The notes beneath the pieces were generated by a model. That model saw only the letters and a program-made list of their open reading frames with translations, searched no databases and had not been told where the DNA came from. This document shows, piece after piece, positions 36,131 through 48,953 of a stretch of DNA of 53,076 nt. The number at the start of each line of letters is the position of its first letter. Position 1 is the stretch's first letter. Source of the stretch: Trypethelium eluteriae (lineage: Eukaryota); the NCBI GenBank assembly GCA_051942245.1, contig JAVECL010000104.1:1-53076 (forward strand), given 5' to 3'. A program made the position numbers and the translations under genes.

Positions 36131-37000
36131 AGGCTTGGAAGTAGGAGTGAGGATGAGATTGAGAGTGCAGGTGGCAATTCCCCGGTGCGCAGATGTAGCA
36201 TAGCGATGCGGAATGCGCTCAGAGTTGTAGTGTGCATTGATTTGGGATCATTACTGGCGTTAGATTGCTCCGATAGGTAGCCCTGACCAATCATCCATAC
36301 AAATTTAGTTCAAATATGGCGATAGATCCGAGCAGAAACGAATCTATCAATTGCGTGAAGTCATCCCTTCGGCGCTTGCTGTTGTTGTGAGAACACGTGC
36401 AAATGTGTGTGTCACGCTTGTGCATGTCGTTGTCTCCGGCAACACTACTCTGACCATCATTGCGGACGTACAGATTGGGGAAATTGAGGAGAGACAATCG
36501 ACAATTAGACTCCCTGTCTATCTGGAGCTATGAAAAACGGTTTCCTTGATAGTGCCCGCAAATGCTCCTTGGAGGTTGGCGGCATCTCACCTATCCTTGT
36601 TTGGACATCACGAACGACAGGGCAACCCCCACGATCTTGCTTTTTACACGGCTCCTCAACCTCCAGCTCATGATACACATACAGCAAGCGACTGTCGATA
36701 ATTGTCCCTCTCGACGTAGCGATTTTGCGACGGCGCCAGTCCAACGACTGGTACACAAGTCATATGAAACCTATCAGCATTGGCAATATATGTAGGTAAG
36801 TAAAGTCGCACGCCCATGTTGAAAAAAATCATCACCAGAAAATTCACCGTACTCCTTCGAGCGATTGGTTGTGAAGCTTAAAGCACAGCCAGACCCTGCA
36901 CGAAGCATTGGGCAGCGTTGAATGGCAGCCCAGCACGTCCAGCCACGAGGAATTTCACGTGATATCCTTCCAGGCAAAATCACTAAGGAGCTCACCAAAA

Positions 37001-40000
37001 ATGAGCGTTCCAGTCGTAGACCTCACGCTAAGCGACGACGATCCAGGCGGAGGTGAGCTTCTAACATCCTCGTTTCTACCGTGAAGCAATCTAAAACACA
37101 TGCGGGCGGACTCGACTAACTGCGGTCTCCAAGCTCAACGCGCAGGATCACACGTCCTACTCCGGCGCCGCCGCCGTCCGCACGCGCCTCCTCGACCAAG
37201 CAGGCACGACAAGACGGAAGTGGTTGTGCTGGATGATGATGATGACCGTCGACCACCAGTGACTCCGAGCAATCATGGTCGCGTCACTCCCAGATCTGCA
37301 CCAGGATCAAGTCGTACGACATTCCCTGGCATGTTGCTAACGACCGATGTGCTAAGACGCGTAGAAGTTGCTTACGACACGAATCGCCAAATGGCAAAAT
37401 CTATCAGCAATGGAACTCAAGAACCAAGAAATACTTCACCCAGCAGGACCGGCTCCCATGCAGCCTCTGATATCTCTAGAACCCCCGGACTATCTCGTCC
37501 ACGACAGCGGCCACGTGACGAGCCGAATTATTGGAAAGACAAAAAGTATTCGAATGCCGAAGTCCCAACAACGCTGTCTCCGGCGTCTGCCAAGGCTGAA
37601 AAACAGATTTCATCTGCGCCGGACGATTTTCGACGCAATACTGACCGGACCAGCGGTTCAATAGAGGGAGGAAAGGGACTTATGGCTGCACGAAAATCTT
37701 CTCACCAGACCAACGCGATCTTTCGGAATGGTAGGCCCGCTCACTCTGCGGTACTTGGGGAATCTGCCCCAAGAAAACGCAAGAGATCGAGTGGCGAGTC
37801 TCTGAGCCAATTGACAAAGCCAAAGGGGCCAAGGCTTTCGGGTGTGGATCTCCTGGACCCTTTCAAAGCTACTCGCGATTCTGATCCTGATGATTCGAGC
37901 AAATCGGTCAAAAGGCCCAGCCAGCACCAACCAGAAACTGAGATTGGCAGAATGTCGTCGAATTTTGAAGCTGGCTCACATGCTAGACGTTCTGATCCGA
38001 CGGTTATAAAAGCCATGAGAAGATCGACTGATTTGCAGAGTGAAGCAATTTCTGGGCCTGAGGCAGGCCAGAAAGAGCCGAATGGCCAGCATGGATTCAG
38101 AGAGGAGCCGAAGCAAGAGAATCCACCATCTGATACGGACCAGAATCGCGACCGCAGCGAATTGCAGTCGAGGACGAGCGTGCTCCAAGAGCATGGCACC
38201 TTCAAGATTCCAGAAAGGCCTGCCAGCGGAAAACCCAGTGAAGCAGCGAGCTCAGCACGTACAGATGCAACAATTACGCATCCACTGACCCCCAATGATC
38301 TTGAAAAACAAGCGGCACGAAGCGCGGCAGTGTTCACCAGTCAAGATGAGAAGCCTGAAATTCCATTGACACTATCTGCTACGGAGACATTGCTCAAAAG
38401 GTACCTAAACGAATTGCAAGATGATCACGAAAATTTTCTGCGAGCTTGGCTAGGTCGAGCCAGAAAGTGTTACGAGCGACCGACTTCCGGCGAAGCGTGT
38501 TTCAAACTCGGCGAGGCTATGTTCGCAACAGATCTTTCGAAAGGTCCCACTAAAGTGAACCAAGCCTTCGTTCACGAAAGCTCTCCCTTCGCGTCCATGA
38601 AGTCAGTATCGGCTCGCATCAATGGAAAAGCGAACGAGAAAGGACATGTATATCTGACGCAAGATGTCATGTTTGATAAATCCACTACTCATAAGTATAC
38701 CAGGTCTTATCTGAGTGTACAAGTCGTGTGTCCAAAACTTGGGAAGCTCTCAGTACCTGAATACACAAGCTACGTCGGCCTGAAACAGAACGTGCTTACA
38801 GAAAACGACCAGAAACTTCTATATTGGCCTTACATGGGAGAGAACGCAAATGAAGCCATTCTCCACGAAGAGCTACTGGACAAATTCCATGTCCCAATAG
38901 ACAAGCGAGCACGTCGCTTGCAGCAGTCGGCTCAATCAGAAAAATGGTATCCATACATTCGGGACTTCCTTGCAGAACGAGGCTGCACCATGAATGATGT
39001 TCTACGCTTCTTGTTAGAGCCCGTTATGCCTTCAAGCGTCCAAGTCACCGATAACGTGAAACAAGCGGTGTTGGCACGAGACAAGTCGTGTAAGGAGGAT
39101 TTCAATCGTGAAAGTAAGAGATGGGTATTACTGCTTTCAAAGCTCCCGCCTTCCAGCGACCTAGTCTTGGCCAGAGCAGCTCTGGCATGCCAAGCATTCC
39201 TCAGCGTTTGCAAATTTAGCATATGGCACGTCGCACGGCACACCATACGTCTCGAGTCTGAGGCACAACACATTAACGATGCGTCTGCTTTGAAGGATGT
39301 GGACACTACGAAGATCGACTTCCAGTACCGACAGTTGGCTTGTCGCATCTGTCACTTACACAATTGCACTTACCACGGTGAATATCGCGAGAGTCCTCAC
39401 AGTGATGAAGATGACATCGATGGTGATGCACGGTCTGTAGGCAGTGAGCTGTCTCTCGATTTGGAGGAAGCGTCTCGAATCAATTTTAAGACTCTCGTGA
39501 GAGGCCAACCTCGGCATGATCATCAGTACAACAGACATACTCCCTTAAATAGACCCACCTTCCCGCGTCGAGGATACTCCTACTGGATTCAGAAATCAAG
39601 CACGCACTTGATACATGATCGGGAACCATTCTATCCTTGCAGTCACGAAGGAAGCTGTGAGGAGGCCCAATGTCGATGCTACAAGAAGAAGATCACATGC
39701 GAAAAAACATGCGCCTGTCCGCCTGATTGCGAGAGGAGATTTCGTGGTTGCCAATGTGCGCAGAAGGGAAAGGTCTGCTTTCAGAACCCTCATTGCGATT
39801 GCTATCGTCTGAATCGTGAATGTGATGCGGACTTGTGTGGAACATGCGGTGCTGCTGAGGTGCTGGATCCTGTAAATCGGTACACTAAGGAGATTGCCAA
39901 AGGAAGATGTGCAAATGTACACATCCAGCGTAATCTACCCAAAAGAACTCTTCTCGGACACAGCGAGGTGCAAGGGTTTGGGCTATACATGGGTGAACCG

Positions 40001-41019
40001 GTGAAAGCTCACGAATACATTGGGGAGTACAAGGGAGAGGTTATCACAAAGGGTGAGGCAGACAGGCGAGGAGCAATTTACGCTCACTTAGCCACCAACT
40101 ACCTCTTCTCCTTAAATAAAGGTATGTCCCAGAGATGATTATAAGATTGATAAAGGTTGAATGGAGTCACTGACCGTTGATCCGCAATTCAGAGCAAGAA
40201 GTCGATAGTACGAAAGCCGGTAACAAAATGCGCTTCGTGAACAATTCCGAACGCGAGGAAACCATGAATTGCTACGCCCAAACCATGCTTTGCAATTCGG
40301 TAGCCCGCATTGGGATGTACGCCCGCCGCGATATTGCCGTGGGTGAGGAATTGTTCTTCAACTATGGCTACCCCAAGACCATCACCAAGCATTTCTGGGA
40401 AAAGGGCGAGAGGCCTAAGAAAGCCCATGGCACAAATCGCGGGAAATGGCGTGCTAGTACCGCCGTCGTTTCCGATGATGATGAGATCTTGTCCACCGTG
40501 GCAATTGGGACAGGTAAAGCAGCAGCGAAAAAGGAGAAGTACCGATTGGACAAAGACGGTAAGCTCGTGAAGCGAAAATCTAATGCGGGCGGAGCTAGAC
40601 CTGGCGCAGGACGGAAACCAAAGAATCGCCAGCCTGCAGGCGTGAATATAGGCATTATTCCTCCGAATCCAAGTACCAGCTCAGTATCACAATTAAAGGA
40701 TAAGGGAAAGGGAAAGGCGAGAATGACGCTGATCGACAGGAGCCCATCACCGCAACCGGTGGGGAGAAGAATGCAGGGATCAAGTGAGAGGCCTAGGGCG
40801 AAGGGATGGGCCTACGAGGTTGATGGAGATGTTTTTGAACATGAGGATGAGATGGCAGCAGACGAGGATGTCCAGGCTGAACTTGGTGCTGAGGAGGAAG
40901 AGCTCCGTGGCTCCGTCAATGCGCAGGACTCTGACGAGGATTCTGAGTACCACGATGATGAGGAAGAGGAGCTACCTCGGCGGCGAACACGGCGAGGCTG
41001 GCGGAAATCTGCTTATTGA
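37001..41019 (+). CDS. kmt6: H3K27 methyltransferase Kmt6/SET-7/EZH2 (PRC2 catalytic subunit)
   Basis: Exons 37001-37052, 37134-40121 and 40193-41019. CRICHLHNC, Cys-rich CXC domain (PCSHEG..CEKTCACPPDC..FRGCQC..RECDADLCGTC) and SET domain (GFGLY..EYKGEVI..EADRRG..YLFSLNK..GNKMRFVNNS..GEELFFNYG). Confidence 0.9.
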
Positions 41020-41167
41020 GAATGCGCTAGCGCGCAGGGATTATGTCCATGATCTGAAATTCCTGAGACATGCTCCTCCCCTGAATTATTTACATTGTCC
41101 CCGTGTACACCAACCCAGATCTTCTATTGTCTTTTTGGTCAGCTAATATTCCTTAATATAGCTCCCC

Positions 41168-41183
41168 CACACACACACACACA
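41168..41183. repeat. (CA)8 microsatellite
   Basis: Read directly. Confidence 0.9.
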
Positions 41184-42480
41184 AACTAAGTAATTCCATC
41201 AATGAATGTCTTGTGGATTAATACTTCGTATACCCAGAGTTCTGGTACGCATAGCGAAGTGCTGGTACGAACTTCTTATCCAAGTCAGGTAGGAAGTTTA
41301 GTTAATTCTTGTATACAACTCATCTGATTTTCCCTTCCAAATTCATCGATTTTGATTTTAGCCAAAGACCTCTGCATCTTCTGGATGACCGTACCGTCTT
41401 TATCTTCATAGGAGTATGCGGCGATTTTTCCAGAATCATATATTACAATGCCTAGAAGACTCATATTTTATGCATTTCTAGCCCTGAGCTTTTTAAGGGT
41501 TTCGGCAGACGTGACGGAGAAACTCCAGACGCCAAAGCATAGGGTAAGGGGAATCGCAGAATTGTGGCCTTGACGCTCACTAAACGGTGGGAAAAGGAAC
41601 ACAAACACAACTCGAAGAGCATAACGCCTGAGCAAATCGACAGCCGTGCGAACGACTTATCCTGAGTCGTTCACCTCATTTTCATGCCCAGCCTTAGGCC
41701 CTACTTTCGTAGGAGCTTGAAATGCCCAAGTCTGTCTATCATATAGTCAACAGGATCGAAGTGCATAGGTATGGTTTCTCGTCTTCGGGCCTTTGTCTAA
41801 CCATTCGATTCAAGTCAATAAGCTAAGTTACTGATAGGTGGATAGGTGTGAACAAGACGAGTCATCGGGTAATCACGGCTGGCGTGGCTGGCCATAAGAG
41901 CGGAAGGGTATGAGCTCGGAAAAACTTTTCCCCTGGAGGACTACATTCGTCCAGTCACCACCTTAACTCCTTCAGGTAAGAGTTGTAATGCAACTCAATG
42001 GTAATGACATGCAGCTACTTCCCCCTTCCACTAGCATCGTATCTCCCATGTCGAGGAGCAGATGTGAGTACAAGGTGTGCATTTCCGAAAAGCAATTCTT
42101 GAGTATGGAGGAGAAAGCGTGCCTATTCTCACTAGGCTTCCGACCGTACTCAATTTCGTAGCTTTCAGTATCGTCGATCTAGTCTCTACTTCCCGCCGAG
42201 CCAACTTTTCTTCCTTCCCCTCACCGGCTATAATCCACAAGCTGCAGGTCCCGAGCTCGACATGCAGCATGACGCTTCAGCCGCATGCCAATGAACCATT
42301 ACTTCAAGTACCGAGAGAAAAGATGACGAGAGCGATGATGACTGCGGGGTAGAATACTCAAACGACATGATTCATCGCAGTTTAAAATGTTGGGGCAGCT
42401 CAAAGAGCGGTGATTGAGGTAGGTGGATTCAGTTGGCTTGAACAATTCTGTCCATCATACTTCTTATCGTCCTGAACGAA

Positions 42481-44382
42481 ATGAAGCCTTGCAGTCTACT
42501 AATCTGCCTCGTCACCCTGCTGACATCGTGTGTTCAGGGTGCGGCGATTGTCAGACGAGGCCCATCTCTGACAGTTGATCTTGGCTACGAAATTTACCAA
42601 GGCTCCTACAATAACGCGACGGACCTAAACGAATATAAAGGGATTCGATTCGCTCAAGACACATCAGGATCAAATCGTTGGCAGCCACCCAAGCCTCCAC
42701 TCACTAATCGCAACGCAACTTTACCTGCCACCAGTCTTCCTCAGCGATGCCCGCAAAGTCCTCAAGCCGGGGGTCTGGCTCCTGGAACCAATTACACAGG
42801 AAGTGAAGACTGTCTTTTCCTCAGTGTTTTTGCCGCTCCGAATGCCAGTGCCCTCCCCGTGTTTGTCTGGATCCATGGAGGCGGCTATGGAGCTGGACAA
42901 GGGAACCAGGGTGTCTCGATGCTCATGGGTAACAACAGCAATGGATTTGTGAGTGTGGTGATACAGTATAGATTAGGTGCATTCGGGTTCCTATCCGGAG
43001 ATGAAGTCCATACATTTGGGACGGCAAATGCAGGATTGTTGGACCAATATTCTGCTCTACAGTGGGTGCAGAAATACATTCATCTATTTGGGGGTGACCC
43101 AGACAAAGTCACGATTGCTGGAGAGTCTGCGGGAGGCGGGTCGGTCATGCTGCAAAGCATGGCATACGGCGGAACTCAAGGTTCACAGAATTTTGAAAAT
43201 GTAAGAGAATCCGAGCTCACACAAGTCTGTATCAATGAAGCTAATTGTTTCAAGGTCATTGCCTCATCTCCATATCTACCCATGCAATATCCATACAATG
43301 GCTGGCAGCCTGAACAAGCTTACTATGCCTTCGCACTTGCAGCAGGCTGCTTTCCAGGACGAGCTTACGGCAATACTTCCACCACGATCTTCGATTGTCT
43401 TGTGTCTGCACCTTCTGACGTGCTTCAAAACGCGTCTACCACTATTTCGGCGTCGGGAACTTTTGGTACATGGGCATTCCTCCCTGTCACCGACGGCGAT
43501 TTTGTCAGAGAGCGTCCCTCAGAGCAGCTGCTTCAAGGCACTGTCAATGGCCTGCGCGTACTGAGCGCGAACAATGCCAACGAGGGCCCTCTATTTACTA
43601 TCCAGAACATCACTACTGAGTCAGCATTCGAGGACTGGGTTCATCTTCAACTTCCCTTGTTCAATGCATCCGACATTGCAGCTCTTCTGGCTGCTTATCC
43701 GAGCACTAATGCTTCCGTCGATACGTCTGATCCGCGATTTGCGACCAGCGGAAACGCTGCTCCATCTGCGCTTAATGAGTCGTCTTTCGGTACCGGCCAG
43801 CAGCAGAGAGCCGACAATCTCTACGCCGAGACCACATTCGTCTGTCCTTCGTATTGGCTTGCACAAGCTTTCTCCGGGGATACTCCGTCCCAATCATACT
43901 CAGGCAGTCCGACTCAAGGGCAGAAGAAAGCCTATAAGTACCAATTCTCCGTGCCTGCTGCCCAACATGGCGCCGACCTTTTTGCCGAAGGTCTCGATGG
44001 GCTCATGGCAAACTTATCGCCCGAATTCTCTTACGCTATGCAGCGTATCTGGGGAAATTTTATCCGCTTCAACAATCCCAGTATCACTGCTGAGGTAGCA
44101 AATCCTGATGGACCTGCTGCTTCGGTTAAAATGTCCAACGAGACGTACGGCGGCACATTTCCAGAGTTTAGTTTTGACGCAGGCTACAAGATGCTCAACT
44201 TGAATGAGACAGGAGGCGTGCCGTTCGCTACGGCTGTGGTGAGCGGAGCACCCGCCGTGACGGAGGACGAGGAGCCCGGATTGAAGAATGATATTTCGGT
44301 ACAAGATGCCTACACGTGGGAGGGAGGAAGAGGGGCTAGATGCGCGTTCTGGGCAGAGTACGGACCAAAAGTTCCTGAATAG
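42481..44382 (+). CDS. Secreted type-B carboxylesterase/lipase
   Basis: Signal-peptide-like N-terminus, SEDCLFLSV, VWIHGGGY, QYRLGAFGFL and GESAGG nucleophile elbow. Probable 54-nt intron 43201-43254 (GTAAGA..GCTAAT..AAG). Confidence 0.92.
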   Translation: MKPCSLLICLVTLLTSCVQGAAIVRRGPSLTVDLGYEIYQGSYNNATDLNEYKGIRFAQDTSGSNRWQPPKPPLTNRNATLPATSLPQRCPQSPQAGGLAPGTNYTGSEDCLFLSVFAAPNASALPVFVWIHGGGYGAGQGNQGVSMLMGNNSNGFVSVVIQYRLGAFGFLSGDEVHTFGTANAGLLDQYSALQWVQKYIHLFGGDPDKVTIAGESAGGGSVMLQSMAYGGTQGSQNFENVRESELTQVCINEANCFKVIASSPYLPMQYPYNGWQPEQAYYAFALAAGCFPGRAYGNTSTTIFDCLVSAPSDVLQNASTTISASGTFGTWAFLPVTDGDFVRERPSEQLLQGTVNGLRVLSANNANEGPLFTIQNITTESAFEDWVHLQLPLFNASDIAALLAAYPSTNASVDTSDPRFATSGNAAPSALNESSFGTGQQQRADNLYAETTFVCPSYWLAQAFSGDTPSQSYSGSPTQGQKKAYKYQFSVPAAQHGADLFAEGLDGLMANLSPEFSYAMQRIWGNFIRFNNPSITAEVANPDGPAASVKMSNETYGGTFPEFSFDAGYKMLNLNETGGVPFATAVVSGAPAVTEDEEPGLKNDISVQDAYTWEGGRGARCAFWAEYGPKVPE

Positions 44383-45425
44383 AGAATATCTAGGATTCGG
44401 ATCATATTACGGAATGTGTGGGGATCGGGAACTAATAATTAAAGTTTCAATTCTGTACAAAAACACTAAGAAGATAAAGAGGTAGTGATTCAAAGAACTG
44501 TCCGTTCAAGCATGTCCACAAATTTTCATGTGAAGGAAGTCCGACTGAAAGACATTGACTCCCTGACCGTAGCGGTGACCAGCATAAATACAAGAAAGAC
44601 TGCGGCAGAATAATAAGGGTTGGACCGCACCTATGCGTCTGCGATTATTGCGTAGATCTGACAAAACACGCATGCCAATTGCTTGCGATAGTAGGAAGTA
44701 GGCGCTTATATTTCGTTGGACGGAACCTAAAATTGTATCACGCCTACTTTCATCTTTCTCGAGGTACGATAGAGAATTGTGACGATAATGGCGACATATA
44801 GACGAGAGGAAAATAATTTCCAAAAATGACGGTGAACCGACATATGTTTTCACACCTACGGCTAAGTTGCTATGAGGATATATCCAATGCCATTTATTAC
44901 TGCTAGCTCGATCCTATTGACTGAAGACTTTGGCGTGTTATCTTTCAGATCTTCCAAATCTCGTGACCACGCGCTCTAATTACTGAGTGCTGTCCTCAAT
45001 AAGTTCTGATTCTGCCGGGCCCGACTGAATTGCCCGGTCCGAGCTCGGCCACGCGGGTCAAGCTCCAGAAGGCCGGGGTCAAGGTCCGCGTCATGAACTA
45101 ATAAACCCCGCTACTAAGTCCGATTGCTCCAAGCACAGCTGTTCGGGCCGGAGTCATCAATCCCCATCGGCGAATCACGACTCCTATTTTAGACACAACA
45201 TCTGTTTCGGCTTTAATCTTTGTTTTTCGGATCTTGCGGACATGGAGAAGCTAATCAGAAAGTCCGCTCCACAACATCTTAGCTTCGTATTACTTAAAGA
45301 GCCTTCATCTTCCATGGTATGGCTAATGGGAAAATACCATCTTATCCACATCTATCCTAAATAACTGCTCCGTACACCTGCTCAGTACCTGACAACCTCA
45401 AACCACAAGCATCATCGGCATTATC

Positions 45426-46030
45426 ATGATTGGACACAAAGACATCAAAATGTTCCACCACACTCGAAAGAGCCCTCAGGCACGCGATACGAAGTCGATT
45501 CCGACTCTCAAGATCTCATCACCGACGAACCTGCAACCCATCACGGTCCACCAGCGACCTACCCATTATACCGAGTACCACCCTCTACCCATCATTGCTC
45601 CTCCGTCCTCTCCATCTTAATGGCCAAACGGTCCGCCGGGTAGCCTGACCTCGGCGAGGATATCATTTCTAGCACAAACTTGCAAGAGGACATTCACTTG
45701 CCATGGTTTCGACTATGTCTGGTGCTACGGCTGGAGGTTGTAGAGACTTCCTCATCCTGTTGGGACCTCCTCATACCGTATCCTACTGTTGATCATGACT
45801 CAACACCTGCGACGAATATCCTGCCAGGTCTAAAGTTCGATTATGAAGCCACGGTATATCTCGATCACAATTTGCAGTGCCATTGGGAGACGGCCAGCGT
45901 GAGGAATATCATGATTGGTTGTGAGGACAAAGGACGGAATCGGCGGCCATACCGATATGGACGCTCTTGTCGTCTCCTCCGATATTTGAATCGTCAGAAG
46001 CGGAAAGCAGACAGAAGTAAGAGGACTTAG
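45426..46030 (+). pseudogene. Possible small orphan gene with two premature stops
   Basis: Frame from ATG 45426 continues through TAA 45618 and TAG 45741. A possible intron 45778-45827 joins it in frame to track ORF 45680-46030. No family recognised, and the splice signals are weak. Confidence 0.3.
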
Positions 46031-46305
46031 TATGGAGAAAGAGACAGCAGGGGTCCCGAACAAGGAAAAGGGAAGGTCGTGAAATCATCTTCCCTGAAGA
46101 TGGGGTCTGCTGCCAATATTTCTGGACATATTAACGTGATGAGATTTTCTTTTCCCAATAAGACTCATAGTAGGAATCCTAGCCAAAGAGGCAAATTAGT
46201 CATTCGAATTTGAAACATCTCTGTTTACATTCATTTACAGCATGCCTGTCTAAATTGTTCATCATGGGTATATATCATTCCTGAGCATGAGTGACTCCAA
46301 AATCC

Positions 46306-48953
46306 TCAGTCGTATGAAGTTGGTGGGGCATTTATCCAGCTGTTTGGCTTGTGCGAGGCCCCTGATGTCTGTGCCGCGGCAGTAGAAGCTATTGGTACAG
46401 CGAAAGCAGGGTCGGGCACAAAAGTCCAATCAATTCCGGACCACATTTGATCTTCAAGAAAGGGAAGGAACATCGTCTCCTCTGTCGCATTGAGATTCTC
46501 ATACGTATTTGGTGCAGGTTGGGGTGGATTGGCTGCTAAATGCGCACCATTTAGCGCGTCAAAAGCCACGGAAGGGAGAACAGTAGACAGACTTACATGT
46601 TGACAAGCCTGCACCTTTGGGATACACTCCAGGCTGTCCCCCAAACTCTTCTCTCCACCACCATACACAGTCAAGTGCGATGCTAGTCGCGAATCGACTG
46701 CGTATGCGGAGAGTCAGATAAGGTGACCCGTCTTGGGATTTGAACACCTTCTCGCTCGTCCAAAGTTGTGACAGAATCTGGGAGATTCGTGCTGGCATAT
46801 CATTGTTCGCACACGACATGAGCTTCAAGGTGCTGACGGAGTCGAGAAAGAAAGCTTTTCCTTCCTTTTCATCAAGATATTGGGCGAAGTCGCTCTTCAA
46901 GATTCGCAATAGCATACAGCCAGCCAACATAATGTTGCTCATGATGTATTCCGGGCAAACTGATATCAGATGGATCGTCCGATCGCATTTGTGCAGAAAC
47001 GTCATCACCATACAGGCGGTATTGTAGATCAGCATGAGCTCGTTCATCCCTATCTCTTCAAAGGGTCTAAAGAGATGGAGTCCGACTACTTGAAGGCGCG
47101 TCATGACAATGTGGAATTTATCAAGATCTAATTTACATAGTCAGCAGGTGGCATCTACGAAAGAGCGTTTTTTTACCATCGATCCAAGGGTTGTCATCCT
47201 CCAGATCCTTGATTTGCCTGTCGAAGATCTTCAATATAATGCAAAAGGCACGTTTCTGTTCAGCTGAAGGCATATCACAACCATTCTCGTCAATTGCCGT
47301 GTTTGCTTGAGCCTGGAGCCGATGGAGCTTGAATTGGAATAGCAGCGAAGGATTGAGGAGTTCTGAAAGCGCATGCTTCCACTGCGCATCGCATGTCGAA
47401 GCTACCCACGCAGATGGCGCAGATCCGTAGATGAAACTCGCCCTTTCTCTCCAATTAGTCATGTTATAGGGGAATATCTGCTTGAGGCAAAGATTAGGCC
47501 AACCTTTGATAGACCAGAAGACATCGGATCCACGCTTCAGAGCGTATCACAATTTTCCGTTCACTCAATTCCACTCTTGTTCGGTGAAAGTCTTGAATGG
47601 AACGCGGCATATGAAGGCCCACTCGAATTGCAATATGTACTAAAGCAGCACTGAGCGTAAATGAGAGGTCCTTACTCGAAACGTCTGTCGGCAAAGGCCA
47701 CGTCACCAGCAGCGCCAAGCCTTGAACAGTCCGACCTTTTGGTTCTTTCAAGCTTTCAAGGGCTAGTTGGGTCACTTTCGGCGCGAGAGATAGAAGCAAA
47801 GTAGCATCTTTAGTGTACCGTCTTGATCCCACGGCTACAGCTGCCCAGAAGATGAATGGGTAGAGTGTATAGTAATCTTGGTATCGTGTCAGCTTTACTC
47901 TCCATTCGAAGGTTGAGGCAGAGTACCGTCTGGTGAGATAGAAGGATCCACAACCGGCATCAGCGGTGCGTAGTATTCATAGAACCTATACGCGCAGGTC
48001 AGTCGATGGCCCGGGAAATTGTGCCGTTTGGCAGGTGTCCCTGCTTACAGCGCAAACGTATCATAGATGGTCTGTGAGTCAACACGCAAGCCTTCCAGAT
48101 TTCTCTCGGCGGGGTAACCTCCATTTGCTCCGGTAAGATTTGGATGATCGTACGCAAACACATCCTGCGGTGCGGGACGTTGGTCTATCCTGTCGCCCAG
48201 TGGAGGCGCATGCCTATCTGGACGTTCGGAGGGAAGCACCGGGGTTGGTAACCGACTCGACTGGCGCTCTATCGATGCCGAGGGTGTGGCCTGGTCGAGT
48301 TTTCGGCGTAATCTGCTGGTCTCTTCTTCCAATTCTTCTAGTTTGCTACATGAGGTACAAGTATGAGCCAGCACGTCAAGACTCAAGCATAAAGACTTGA
48401 CTTGATGTTGTACTGACTCACGTTCTTTTTGGTGTGCGCTTAAAAGGAGTTGAAATATTGCAAGCAAGATTGAATTTTTTGCAACGGGAGCACGGCTGGG
48501 AAGAATCGGCGTTCACATCGCAACGAACCTTAGCATCATATATTAGCTTAAAAGAAAAGAAGAGTCTCAAATAGAATTCGCAAAAGTAGCCGACGTACTT
48601 TCTGCTGCCGGCATTCCGTGCAAGCGATCTTCCTCACCGGTTTCTCGGGACTCCTGCATTTTGCTTAGTGGGGGGTTTTGCGAAGTATAGACATGATATA
48701 CAGAAGATGTGGCGAGCCATTGGAGTTCCGTTATGCAGTCTCATCCTCCTTAGAGATTCAGGCGTTTGGGTGGGAGTAGAAAATGTCGAACGAAAAAGAT
48801 CATAGGGCATAAGCATTGGGAACTCAATCTAGCGTATCATAGACAACCGAGATAAGGCAGAGGCCCCACTCAAGATATTTAAAATATTTAAAGCAAGACT
48901 CACCCGTTCTCTGCTGAACCAGAAGGAGCAGACTGCTGCTCTATGGCGTTCAT
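46306..48953 (-). CDS. Zn(II)2Cys6 fungal transcription factor (Leu3/Sef1/PriB-like)
   Basis: Multi-exon. Probable first exon ATG 48953 (MNAIEQQ), intron 48903-48654, then RKIACTECRQQK / intron 48598-48529 / VRCDVNADSSQPCSRCKKFNLAC. Middle-homology region VQGLALLVTWP..AIRVGLH; C-terminal LRIRSR..LDCVWWWREEFGGQ. The start exon is the least certain part. Confidence 0.85.

Noticed and set aside
41290..41530. Minus-strand coding-like stretch (…ARNA*NMSLLGIVIYDSGKIAAYSYEDKDG…)
   Set aside because: Short, with no family recognised. It could be another relic but I cannot support it.
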